From: an uncultured Gemmatimonadales bacterium
GTDB lineage: Bacteria > Gemmatimonadota > Gemmatimonadetes > Gemmatimonadales > GWC2-71-9
Assembly: GCA_963722825.1 (NCBI GenBank)
Contig: CAVROI010000001.1
Location: forward strand, 1,302,427-1,366,426
Direction: 5' to 3'
Length of the DNA: 64,000 nt
Part shown: piece by piece, positions 22,302 to 32,487 of the stretch
How positions within the stretch are numbered: the stretch's first letter is position 1
Layout: every line of letters begins with the position of its first letter
Program-made: the position numbers and the translations under genes
The notes under the pieces: generated by a model
The model's input: only the letters and a program-made list of their open reading frames with translations
Told to the model about the DNA's origin: nothing
Database searches by the model: none

Positions 22302-23729
22302 TCAGTAGGAAGCGACTTCGAGACCGGCGATGCGACCGTCGCCGGAATAGTATACCGTGGCCAGCACACTCGCCCGCGGTCCCGTGCCCCGGAGATAACA
22401 CGCACGTACGATGCGGGCGTCCAGATACCTGAAGGCGCCCGGTGTCAGCGAATCGCACGTCACCACTTCCCATACCGCCACCGGTGCGAGCTCACCCCGA
22501 AGCTCCTTCCTCCACGCCGGCACGGCAAAGCGGCGGAAGGAGGCCGTCGTCCGCGCGGTGTCGGCGGTCCCGGCGGCGATGCCGAGCATGACAGCCGGGG
22601 CCGTGGCGGTGAGCGAGTCCGGGGCCGGATTTGGAGGAAGCGTGTGCGGGGCCGTGAGCTCCGGCACGATGATCCCGGCGATCGCCTCGGAGATCGGCCC
22701 GGGATGCGAGCCCGCGAGATTCGACAGGGCGACCACCGTCAGGCCGAACTCCGGGTACCGTTGAATACTGGTCTGGAATCCCTGCCACGAGCCGGTATGA
22801 CCGATGTGACGGTGTCCGCGCTGGGGAAAGAGGAACCAGCCGGCACCGTACGGATAAACCTGGCCCCGGTCGAGCGGTGCAGGTGTCCACGCCATGTCGA
22901 GGACTCGCCGGCTCGGTCGCTGCTCGTGGTTGAGCGCCACCGCCCAACGCACGTAGTCCCGAAGCGAGAGATACAGAGAGCCATCGGCCGTCGTGTTGAG
23001 CGAAGGCGACACCCAATCCTGATTCTTGATCGCTCCCTGAACGCGCCGGTAGCCGGCCGCGCGATTGGGGACGATGTCCGATTCACTGATGATCCGGGCG
23101 GACGGCATGCCGAGTGGCTGGAAGATCGAGTCGCGAAGGAGGTCGCCGTAAAACGTGCCGGTGACCCGGCGGATCAGGGCGCCAAGCAGGAGATACCCGG
23201 TGTTGCTGTAGCTCCACCGCGCACCGGGGGTGAACGCCAGTGGCAGCGAGGCGGCGATTCGAACGAGCCGCTCTTCGCTGTAATCGCGGTGCAGATCGAC
23301 CACGTCATCGGTGTAGTCGGGAATACCAGAGGTATGGGTGAGAAGATGCCGTACCGTCACCCCTCTCCACCGTTGCTTCCCTTCGGGCAGAAATCGGATG
23401 ATGGGGTCGTCGAGCCGAAGCCGACCCTGCTCCACCAGCATGAGGACGAGCGCCGCCGTGAACTGCTTCCCGACGGACCCCGATTGATAGACCGTGCTGT
23501 CGGAGGCGGGCACGGCGAGCTCGAGATTGGCGTAGCCGTATCCTCGGGCCAGCATGACGCTGTCGCCGACGAGCACCGCGACCGACATCCCCGGGATCTG
23601 CTGGCGCGCCATCTCGGCATGAATGAAGCGGTCGATCGAGTCGCTCGGAAACGCCCGCGCCTGCGCGTCAAGCTGCGCCGCGCCGGCCGCCACCCAGAGG
23701 ACGAAGCAGGACAGAAGGCGCGCGATCAA
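22302..23729 (-). CDS. Secreted serine hydrolase (beta-lactamase/S12 family)
   Basis: SVGK, YSN, HTG; signal peptide. Confidence 0.9.
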   Translation of the reverse strand: MIARLLSCFVLWVAAGAAQLDAQARAFPSDSIDRFIHAEMARQQIPGMSVAVLVGDSVMLARGYGYANLELAVPASDSTVYQSGSVGKQFTAALVLMLVEQGRLRLDDPIIRFLPEGKQRWRGVTVRHLLTHTSGIPDYTDDVVDLHRDYSEERLVRIAASLPLAFTPGARWSYSNTGYLLLGALIRRVTGTFYGDLLRDSIFQPLGMPSARIISESDIVPNRAAGYRRVQGAIKNQDWVSPSLNTTADGSLYLSLRDYVRWAVALNHEQRPSRRVLDMAWTPAPLDRGQVYPYGAGWFLFPQRGHRHIGHTGSWQGFQTSIQRYPEFGLTVVALSNLAGSHPGPISEAIAGIIVPELTAPHTLPPNPAPDSLTATAPAVMLGIAAGTADTARTTASFRRFAVPAWRKELRGELAPVAVWEVVTCDSLTPGAFRYLDARIVRACYLRGTGPRASVLATVYYSGDGRIAGLEVASY

Positions 23730-23739
23730 TCGCGCACGA

Positions 23740-24279
23740 TCAGCCGACCAGCCGGGCCATGACCCGGTCGCTCTGGTGGTCGGTGCCCAGGATAAAGACC
23801 TTGCCCCCTACGTCGACGAAGCCGCATTTCCGGTAGAAGGCCTTCGCCCGCTCGTTCCGCTCCCACACGCACAGCCAGAGCACCGTTCCGCCCCGGCGGT
23901 TCACCTCCTCGTCGACCGCCGCCATCAGGGAGCGGGCGAGTCCTTGTCCCTGCCATGGACGGTCGATGTAGAACCGGAGCAGCTCGATCGGCGTCCGTCC
24001 GACGACCGACTCGGGTGCGGGGCCGGCCCGCACCTGGGCGAAGCCCGCGAGTCGGCCCTCGCTCTCCGCGACAATCGTGGTCATGGCGGGATCCCTGAGC
24101 TCCGCTGCCTGGAGAGCGACCCCATACGTGCGCGACAGGTAGAGCGCTATGTCCCCGGGCCGATTATCGGGGCCGAAAGTGGCGGAGAATGTTCGCGCGC
24201 CGAACTCGGCGAGCCGGGCAGCATCGGCCGGACTCGCATGGCGAAGCGCGATTTCGGATGGATGGAGATCGGTATGCAT
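23740..24279 (-). CDS. GNAT acetyltransferase (PaiA-like)
   Basis: RFYIDRPWQGQGLA, WLCVWERNERAKAFY. Confidence 0.88.
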   Translation of the reverse strand: MHTDLHPSEIALRHASPADAARLAEFGARTFSATFGPDNRPGDIALYLSRTYGVALQAAELRDPAMTTIVAESEGRLAGFAQVRAGPAPESVVGRTPIELLRFYIDRPWQGQGLARSLMAAVDEEVNRRGGTVLWLCVWERNERAKAFYRKCGFVDVGGKVFILGTDHQSDRVMARLVG

Positions 24280-24331
24280 GGCTCTTAGACTGAGCCGTTT
24301 CGGAGCCCGACGCAAGCGCCGGCCAACGAAG

Positions 24332-24991
24332 TCACGTCCCGCTCGACCGGATTTCCGGAACCTCCACGACGCGAACAGCCTCGGGCGGATTCTCGACCGC
24401 GCGGATGAGTGCCCGGACCATCTGCTCCCGGGTGACCAGGCCGAATCGTCGCGCCCCGTCACTCGTGGAGGGAATGATCGACAGCACGGCGTAGACCGGC
24501 ACCAGCAGCCACGGCCAGCGGTGGCCCGGCCCGAGCACGTACCAGGGCCGGAGCAGAGTGGCGGGAAGGCCGCTGGCCCGCACCAGCGCCTCACCTTGCA
24601 CCCGAATCGCCACATAGGCACGCATGACCGGAGCGGGCTGGGCCACGCTCAGATACACAAAATGCCTGATGCCGGCTGAGACGGCGGCAGACACTGCGGC
24701 CTCCACGGACACGAGATCGATTCGCCTGAATTCGGCGGCCTTGGCCGGACCGGGACGCGGCGTTCCAACCAGGTGCACCAGGGTCTGGCTCGGAGCGATC
24801 CGCTCTCGATAAGTGTCGGCGCGAAGAGCGTCGCCGATGATGCGTTCCGCGCCCGGAGGAAGCTCGGTCGGTGAGCCGGGACGAACCAGCGCACGGACGG
24901 CATGCCCGCGTTGCAGCAGGCCGCGTATGAGCGGCACGCCGAGATATCCCGTTCCACCGGTTACGAAAATTCCATGCCTGCCGTCAGGCAC
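24332..24991 (-). CDS. NAD(P)H-binding atypical SDR
   Basis: VTGGTGYLG Rossmann motif. Confidence 0.88.
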   Translation of the reverse strand: MPDGRHGIFVTGGTGYLGVPLIRGLLQRGHAVRALVRPGSPTELPPGAERIIGDALRADTYRERIAPSQTLVHLVGTPRPGPAKAAEFRRIDLVSVEAAVSAAVSAGIRHFVYLSVAQPAPVMRAYVAIRVQGEALVRASGLPATLLRPWYVLGPGHRWPWLLVPVYAVLSIIPSTSDGARRFGLVTREQMVRALIRAVENPPEAVRVVEVPEIRSSGT

Positions 24992-24993
24992 GC

Positions 24994-25497
24994 TCAGCGT
25001 CGGGACCCGGCAGCCCGGCGCCGGATGCGAAGCTCCAGCATGTCGTCGCGGACCTGGAAGCCGTGCCGCTCATACAGCGGCCGGCTGCGCGGCGTCGGCC
25101 AGAGAAAGACCGCATCGGCGTCCACCGACTCGCACTCCTGAAGGCACGCCCTGAGGAGGCTGGACCCGATCCCCGATCCTCTGAAATCGGGCTTGACGTA
25201 CAGACTGCTCACATAGCCATGGAGCTCCGGCTCGTCCACCGGATTGGGCAGTTTTTCGAGGAGCTGAAGCCAGCTTACCCCCACCGGCCGGCCGTGCGCG
25301 GTGGCCATCCAGCACCTCCAGACGCCACCGCGCGCGAGCCGGTCCGCCATCCAGCCACCGCAACGGTCGAGGAAGGACGATTCGTCTTCCACGGGAGCAT
25401 CCAGCTCGGTCCGAAAATCGTAGCGCAGGCGCGCGAGCGCCGGTGCGTCCGGCGGGCCCGCCAGTCTGATGGTCACACCCGATTCGTGGGTCCCCAC
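24994..25497 (-). CDS. GNAT acetyltransferase
   Basis: SLYVKPDFRGSGIG, LYERHGF; start uncertain. Confidence 0.85.
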   Translation of the reverse strand: MGTHESGVTIRLAGPPDAPALARLRYDFRTELDAPVEDESSFLDRCGGWMADRLARGGVWRCWMATAHGRPVGVSWLQLLEKLPNPVDEPELHGYVSSLYVKPDFRGSGIGSSLLRACLQECESVDADAVFLWPTPRSRPLYERHGFQVRDDMLELRIRRRAAGSRR

Positions 25498-25576
25498 CAG
25501 TAGTCCTCCGGCAAGCGCAGTTTGAGGTGGTGGGCATCGATCCCCCGCAAGGAAGAGAGCGAGAAGAATCGAGGAC

Positions 25577-26173
25577 TCAGCCGGGCCGCTCCGTGACGGG
25601 GGTGCTGCCGACCCCGGGAAGCGGCGGGAGCGCTACCCCCGCGCCCTCCCGTTCCAGAAGCTCCTCGACCGAAGCATACCGGTAGATGACCCGCGCACCA
25701 CTGGTAAACAGCCCACCGGTATCGGCCGTAGGCCCGTACGTCGAATAGAGCGGCTGATTCAACAGCCGCAGGTAAACGGTGAGCTGCCCGCGATGGTGGG
25801 CGGAGTGAGCGATGCGGCGGACCAGAACCCATGCGCGCGTGCGCCGGACGTCGAAGAAGGTCGTCTCTTCCTCGAACCAGTCCGCGGGCGCCGCCCTCAG
25901 GCGCTCCAGCCGCCGGCGGGACGCCTCGGCGTAGTGCGCGAGGAAGGCGAGCCGGGTTTCCGGCACCGGAAGCGGAGGCCAGCCGATGTCCATGCCGAGC
26001 ATCCGGGTCATCCAGATGTCCTCGGAGGCGCACTGGTGCACCATATGCTCCAGCGGCGTTCGAGCGCGTGGCTCCGGCCGGAGCGAGAGGTCGTCATCCC
26101 TGAACTGCGACCAGACACTGAGCGTCTTGAGCCGCTCCGTCTCGTAGGTATCGGCCAGGAACGCGAAGCTCAT
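25577..26173 (-). CDS. DinB family protein
   Basis: EHMVHQC, HSAHHRGQL, YGPTAD. Confidence 0.88.
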   Translation of the reverse strand: MSFAFLADTYETERLKTLSVWSQFRDDDLSLRPEPRARTPLEHMVHQCASEDIWMTRMLGMDIGWPPLPVPETRLAFLAHYAEASRRRLERLRAAPADWFEEETTFFDVRRTRAWVLVRRIAHSAHHRGQLTVYLRLLNQPLYSTYGPTADTGGLFTSGARVIYRYASVEELLEREGAGVALPPLPGVGSTPVTERPG

Positions 26174-26646
26174 GTCACCGCACTTCGGCTGGAGGCGAGC
26201 ACGGCGGCCCCCGCCAGGGCGACCTGCGCATCCTGGGTGGAATGCATGCCCGAGACGCCGATGCCCCCCACGACCGACCCGTCAACCATGATCGGAACTC
26301 CTCCCTCCAGCACCGAGACCTCGGACACCGCGAGCATGCGCAACCCGACACCACCTTCCGCCACCGCGTCCTGGAATACCTTCGTCGGACGCCGGAACTT
26401 CACGGCGGTTTCCGCCTTCGACTGGGCGATCGCCACGCTCCCGAGCTGTGCCTGATCCAGCTTGTGGAGTATCACGAGATGCCCGGTGCTGTCCATGATG
26501 GCGATCACCACCGGCCAATCGTGCCGCCCCGCTTCGGCCTCCGCGGCAGCCATCACCCGCTTTGCATCAGCCAGTGAAATCGGTGGACCATAGGACGGGG
26601 GGCGGTCAATAACGGCGGGGGCTGGTGAGGGAGTGCGAGAATTCAT
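26170..26646 (-). CDS. GlcG/HbpS heme-binding family protein
   Basis: IAQSKAETA, EGGVPI, GIGVSG. Confidence 0.88.
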   Translation of the reverse strand: MNSRTPSPAPAVIDRPPSYGPPISLADAKRVMAAAEAEAGRHDWPVVIAIMDSTGHLVILHKLDQAQLGSVAIAQSKAETAVKFRRPTKVFQDAVAEGGVGLRMLAVSEVSVLEGGVPIMVDGSVVGGIGVSGMHSTQDAQVALAGAAVLASSRSAVT

Positions 26647-26706
26647 CGGCAACGGCTCTCCGTTCGGCGGGAGAGCCCCGGCTCGCGCCGGGGCCCGGTA
26701 TTGCGC

Positions 26707-27069
26707 TCAGACGGACGTCCGGGCGGGCGGGGTCACCGCGGCTTCGTCGCGTTCTCCGGTGCGAATGCGGCGCACCTGAGCGACGTCGAGCACGAAGACC
26801 TTGCCATCCCCGACTTCCCCCGTGCGCGCGGCGGCGAGGATGGCGCTGACAGTCACATCCACGAACGGCTCGGAGACCCCGATCTCGAGTCGCACCTTTT
26901 CTTGGAGCTCCACCTTTACCGTCGTGCCCCGATACGTCTCGACCCGGTCCGTTTCGCCCCCGTGGCCGAGGACGCGGGAGACGGTGAGACCGCGAACTTC
27001 GGCGTGGTAGAGTGCCTCGAGCACTTCGTTGAGCCGGTCGGGGCGGATGATGGCGACGATCATCTTCAT
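26707..27069 (-). CDS. glnK: P-II family nitrogen regulator (atypical T-loop)
   Basis: MKMIVAIIRP, YRG, TGEVGDGKVF, RIRTGE; downstream of amtB. Confidence 0.92.
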   Translation of the reverse strand: MKMIVAIIRPDRLNEVLEALYHAEVRGLTVSRVLGHGGETDRVETYRGTTVKVELQEKVRLEIGVSEPFVDVTVSAILAAARTGEVGDGKVFVLDVAQVRRIRTGERDEAAVTPPARTSV

Positions 27070-27085
27070 GGCTGGCCTCCCCGCG

Positions 27086-28420
<1,335 letters not shown>

Positions 28421-28651
28421 ATCGAGATCCTCATGGCGAGGGTTCGGGCCGTGGGCCGCGCGGACTGCGGGCCGCAAAATAGTACCCGTCCCGGACATCG
28501 CACACAAGCCTCGTGACGACGAAATTGTGCTCGTTCAGCACTGCAGCGCCATTTTCGTCGGCGTCAATTCCTCCAATCTGGAGTTCCGTACTCGGGGGCT
28601 TACCGGAATTGCTCAATTCGGCGAGCAGGTCGACAGGTTCGGGCAGGCACC

Positions 28652-29005
28652 TCATCGGCCACCGGGGCGGAGCTCGGCGACGGTCCGCGAGAGATCTCCG
28701 GCCGCCGCGCCCAGCCTGGGCAGCTCCTCATGGCGACTGCTCATGGCACCCGAGCGTAGGTCACCATCGAGACCGAGGCAGATTTCCTTGGCGCGGCGTA
28801 ACCGGAAGCTCTCCTGAAACGCGCGGTAATCATTGGCGCTGCCCGCGCTCAACAGCCCCCAGAGACGCAGCCGGAGATCGTCCACCGAGCTCTTGAATTC
28901 CGCGAGCGCACCACTCGGCATCTCGCCCTGAGCCATGCGCTTCTCGATCGCCTGCAGCGCGGAGGTGAGGGTCGTGACCTGCTCGGCAAAGCTTGGATCG
29001 GCCAT
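28652..29005 (-). CDS. Hypothetical helical protein
   Basis: 117 aa, GGAGG RBS. Confidence 0.7.
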   Translation of the reverse strand: MADPSFAEQVTTLTSALQAIEKRMAQGEMPSGALAEFKSSVDDLRLRLWGLLSAGSANDYRAFQESFRLRRAKEICLGLDGDLRSGAMSSRHEELPRLGAAAGDLSRTVAELRPGGR

Positions 29006-29036
29006 GAGCGCCTCCCGGATGTTCGCTCCGTTTCAG

Positions 29037-29754
29037 TCAATGCCGGTCGGTCCGTCGCTGTGCCAGCAGCCAGCTCGTGAACGACGGGTCGGCATAGGTT
29101 CGGCTCCAGGCATCATGCCCTACGCCGGGATAGATGGCCAGCCGCACTCGGCCCCCGCACTTCTCGAGGCGCTGAGCCAGCGCCTCCGACCAGCTGACGG
29201 GGATCACGTCGTCATTCCGTCCGGGCGCGATCCAGATGGGGACCCCGCGCAGTCGGCAGATCTCCACCGGATTGGCGCCGCCGCTGATCGCCACCACCGC
29301 GGCAAACCGGTCCGGCATCGCCATCGCCAGCTCCCACGCGCCGAACGCACCCATGCTGATACCGGTGAGGTATTCGCGCGAGCGATCGACCCGAAGCGTA
29401 CCCTCCAAGTGATCCATCAGCGCCACGAGTGCGTCGGTGGACCAGACCTCCCCCGCCGGTACCTGCGGTGAGACCAGGATGAATGGCAGCGCGGCCCTCG
29501 CATTGATCTTGGGGAGACCTTGCGTCCGCACGATCGCCAGATCGGTTCCCCGCTCTCCAGCGCCATGAAGAAACAGAACGAGCGGCCACGGCTCGTCTCC
29601 CGCCGCGTACCCCGGCGGCAGGTCGATCATGTACCGAAGGTGTACCGGTTTCACGACCGTGGTATCGAGCGATTCGGTCTGGGGGGCGAGGGGCCTGCGC
29701 CGCAAGGGGCGATGGGACGTGAAGCAGAATCATCACCGCCACGGCATGACGCAT
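29037..29754 (-). pseudogene. Secreted alpha/beta-hydrolase (esterase/phospholipase-like), frameshift after the signal peptide
   Basis: FLHGAGERG, GISMG, YPGVGH; signal peptide MRHAVAVMILL..LAAQ is out of frame across G6 run 29681-29686. Confidence 0.8.
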
Positions 29755-29828
29755 GGTCACTCGAGTCACCGAATCTCCACGGGCAGTGTGCGGTTGCCCA
29801 GGTGTGAAACCGAATCCACACTTGGTGG

Positions 29829-30062
29829 ATGCCGCTTCGATTCTTTACCCGCCCCAACGACTGGCGGGCCTGGCTCGCCGAGAACCATGCGAAGGCTCGG
29901 CAGCTGTGGGTTGGATTCTACAAGCGGAGCTCGGGAAAGCCGAGCATGACATGGCCGGAGTCGGTGGACGAGGCCCTCTGCTTCGGCTGGATCGACGGCA
30001 TCCGAAAGAGCGTCGACGAGATACGGAGGGTGGATCACCGGAGAAGTGGACGTCGGCCGTAA
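29829..30062 (+). pseudogene. Truncated YdeI/OmpD-associated family gene
   Basis: FF..WRAWLAENH, WVGFYK, SVDEALCFGWIDG; similarity ends near 30025. Confidence 0.8.
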
Positions 30063-30173
30063 GCGCCATCTTCATTTCGCGACGATACACGTTTCCGATG
30101 GCGGAGAGGACGACCTGGCCACCGTGGAAGCGGTGCTGGCGGTGCTTCCGGCCCTTGAGTTGATCACTCGCCG

Positions 30174-30626
30174 TTATCTCTGGGCGCCAATCCCCCTGGC
30201 CATGGAGGTAGCGGCACCCACCATGATGAGCACCAGCACAGCCTGGACGTAGCTGATCGTCGCGAAGAGTGAGACGTTGCGTGCGTCAATTGGGGTCCCT
30301 CGTGCCGTCCAGGCCCGCCACCTGATCAGCGTCACCATGGGCGCGACCTCGAGCAGCAACACCGTTGCCAGCGCGGCCATCTTGAGCCAGAAAACGTGGT
30401 TGTGCAGGTAGTAACCAGTTGGCTTTTCGACGCCTGCCAGTAGCCGCCAAAGTCCGCTCCCGATCCACAGCACCGCCGCCATGCCCCACCACGTGTCGGC
30501 CGCGAACAGCCGCCGCAGGCCCGGTGGATCGAGCGGACCACGAAACCCCTGGGCCCGAGCCCAGATCGCCCCCAACCCCACGCCCAAACCCAGTAGATGC
30601 ACCGCAGCCAGAATCACCCTGAGCAT
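30174..30626 (-). CDS. DUF2214 family membrane protein
   Basis: D.WWG.AA, EKPTGYY.HNHVFWLKM, MARGIG. Confidence 0.85.
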   Translation of the reverse strand: MLRVILAAVHLLGLGVGLGAIWARAQGFRGPLDPPGLRRLFAADTWWGMAAVLWIGSGLWRLLAGVEKPTGYYLHNHVFWLKMAALATVLLLEVAPMVTLIRWRAWTARGTPIDARNVSLFATISYVQAVLVLIMVGAATSMARGIGAQR

Positions 30627-30689
30627 GACGCCTCCCGGACAGTGTCGATCCTTCCGGCTGCTTCGTCGAGAATCACGGATCCACGGCAA

Positions 30690-31253
30690 TCAATGGCCAC
30701 CCGGCTCCGCCTCCCACAGCCCAGGATAGCGTACGACCATGCCGTTCGGACTGACCTCCAGCTCCGCAGTGAAGGTTCCGCCAAGCGCTTCGTAGCGGTA
30801 CTTCCGATCTGCGGTGCGTCGGTAGCCCTGGACGAGAGGCTGCAGCGTGAGCTGGGGAAACTGGAGCCAGGCCGCCGTTACCTGGGCACTCTCTCCGATC
30901 TCGAGTCCGAGCCGGCGGATAGGCAGCGTATTGGTGGCCGGACTAAAACCGAGGTCGAGATCGATGCAACCATCGACGCCTGGGCAATTCTCGCCATTGA
31001 GGCGCCAGCGATGGGCGGAATCAACAACCAGATTCAGCCGCACGGCTTTGGTGCCGATCCACCCGGCGATCCTGGCGTGAAGCGTCTGCCAGCCGAACGA
31101 GCATGCGATGAGATACTCCAGGCGGCACGGAACCCCCTCGTGCGCAAACACGGCGGTGCCGCTCAGATGCCAGAATGGATCGTGGAAGACCACCCGAGCC
31201 GCCTCATGGCCAGCCTGATCGAGCCTTCGCCACAACACCAGCTCTTCGGTCAA
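30690..31253 (-). CDS. Putative glycolipid-binding domain protein
   Basis: LWRRLD..GHE, GCIDLDLGFSPATNTLPIRRL, YPGLW. Confidence 0.88.
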   Translation of the reverse strand: MTEELVLWRRLDQAGHEAARVVFHDPFWHLSGTAVFAHEGVPCRLEYLIACSFGWQTLHARIAGWIGTKAVRLNLVVDSAHRWRLNGENCPGVDGCIDLDLGFSPATNTLPIRRLGLEIGESAQVTAAWLQFPQLTLQPLVQGYRRTADRKYRYEALGGTFTAELEVSPNGMVVRYPGLWEAEPGGH

Positions 31254-31287
31254 CCGCCCTTCCCTCGAACCGCACGACGATGCGAAG

Positions 31288-31584
31288 TCATTGATAGTCA
31301 GTGTAGGCGGTGGTTTCGATTTCTTCTCCGGAGGCCAGGTCACGAAGGGTGTGCACGATCGTCACACTCGACTCGGCCCGCTGAATCCGTGTCTGCACCA
31401 ACTGATACCGCGCGGCGTCGCCGTAGCCGTCGGCATTGAGGCGCTCAGCCTCGCCGCGGCAAATGTCACCCGGCGTCGGCCGGCTCGCCGGATACGCATC
31501 CTCGTGATACGCGACGAGCGCGCGCCAGTGGTCATCCCCGGCTCGCTCGACCGATGCCCGCACGTCCTCCCGCGTCAGTGCCAT
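31288..31584 (-). CDS. Hypothetical protein
   Basis: 98 aa, AGGA RBS, HEDAYP..PTPGDIC. Confidence 0.7.
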   Translation of the reverse strand: MALTREDVRASVERAGDDHWRALVAYHEDAYPASRPTPGDICRGEAERLNADGYGDAARYQLVQTRIQRAESSVTIVHTLRDLASGEEIETTAYTDYQ

Positions 31585-31597
31585 GCGTTACGTCCTG

Positions 31598-31684
31598 TCA
31601 CCATTTGTCCTTGAGTCTCCGCACGACCTCGAGACCCGACCATACCTCGGTCACGGGGCATGCCTGGACGTCCGCCAATCCGCA
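31598..31684 (-). pseudogene. 3' remnant of a DUF3052-like gene
   Basis: GLADVQACPVTEVWSGLEVVRRLKDKW* resembles the GLVDVKVCAV..WSGL C-terminus. Confidence 0.5.
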
Positions 31685-31752
31685 TTGAGACCTGATCCCT
31701 CCTCGAGACCGATCTTGCCCGGGAGCGGCTTACCAGATTAGCCGGCCGGCGG

Positions 31753-31905
31753 TCACCCCCGCCGCTTGAAGAATTGCACGGCCCGCTCGTGCTTCTCCGC
31801 CGCCGCTCGCGTTTTGAACGTACCCAAGTTACGCCGCTTGCCCGTTTTGGGGTCTTTCTTCCTCGAGTAGAGTCGATACCCTCCCGAGGCCAGTTTGCGA
31901 ATCAT
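31753..31905 (-). CDS. 50 aa basic conserved small protein (missed by ORF track)
   Basis: MIRKLASGGYRLYSRKKDPKTGKRRNLGTFKTRAAAEKHERAVQFFKRRG; GAGGGG RBS. Confidence 0.85.
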   Translation of the reverse strand: MIRKLASGGYRLYSRKKDPKTGKRRNLGTFKTRAAAEKHERAVQFFKRRG

Positions 31906-32063
31906 TTCGCCCCTCATCCTCCCGGTGGTGGAAATGACCCAGAAAGTGGCCAGCTACCCCGATTCCTGGAATCGTGATTCAAGTCACGTCCGGACTGAGC
32001 CACTGGGCCTATGTTCGCTTCGCGAGCAGAACCTAGGCGCTGACCGAAGAAAGGACGATACCT

Positions 32064-32318
32064 ATGAGATGGCAAACACTCGCGTTCCCTGCCGTGGTCA
32101 TGGCGGCACTCGCCGGTTGCACCGGCAAGTCCAGTTCGGGCGGCGAATCCGGCGCGGTGCCTGATGGGGCTGCTACCGATTCGATGTCCATGCAGACTCC
32201 ACCCGCCGGCGGCGCAACCGATACGACCGCCGCTCCAGCTACCCCCTCTGATACCACCAGGTCCTCCGACTCGAGCGGCGGGATGTCCAACACCGACACC
32301 TCCGCTGCACCGAAGTAG
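32064..32318 (+). CDS. Small Ser/Thr/Asp-rich lipoprotein
   Basis: AAGGA RBS, lipobox LAGC, low-complexity tail. Confidence 0.8.
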   Translation: MRWQTLAFPAVVMAALAGCTGKSSSGGESGAVPDGAATDSMSMQTPPAGGATDTTAAPATPSDTTRSSDSSGGMSNTDTSAAPK

Positions 32319-32329
32319 CCGAACCCGCT

Positions 32330-32358
32330 GGAGGGGGCCCGGGTCTGGGCCTCCCTCC
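32330..32358. terminator. GC-rich hairpin after the lipoprotein gene
   Basis: GGAGGGGGCCC / GGGCCTCCCTCC imperfect stem, no U-tract. Confidence 0.35.
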
Positions 32359-32383
32359 GCGGGAACTTCTCGGCGACAAGCTC

Positions 32384-32467
32384 TCATTTCGCGCCAGGCT
32401 CCGACGGCATTGCCCCGAAGATCCCTCCCTCGGGGTCCTTGAAGTACGCCAGCCTTCCGATGCCAGG
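32384..32467 (-). pseudogene. 3' remnant of a VOC/glyoxalase-family gene
   Basis: PGIGRLAYFKDPEGGIFGAMPSEPGAK* with no 5' part. Confidence 0.7.
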
Positions 32468-32487
32468 CTGGAAGTTCCCGCCGGATC

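Noticed and set aside
20520-23762. 1080 aa plus-strand ORF
   Set aside because: Shadow of two serine hydrolase genes; no motifs
25480-25570. Possible gene remnant DAHHLKLRLPEDYWWGP
   Set aside because: Too short to assign to any family by eye
28472-28488. sigma54 promoter for amtB (GG-N10-GC)
   Set aside because: CGGGTAC is a poor match to TGGCAC and no convincing NtrC sites
30643-30667. Second ECF42-like promoter TGTCGA..CGTC
   Set aside because: 15-bp spacer and orientation opposite to flanking genes
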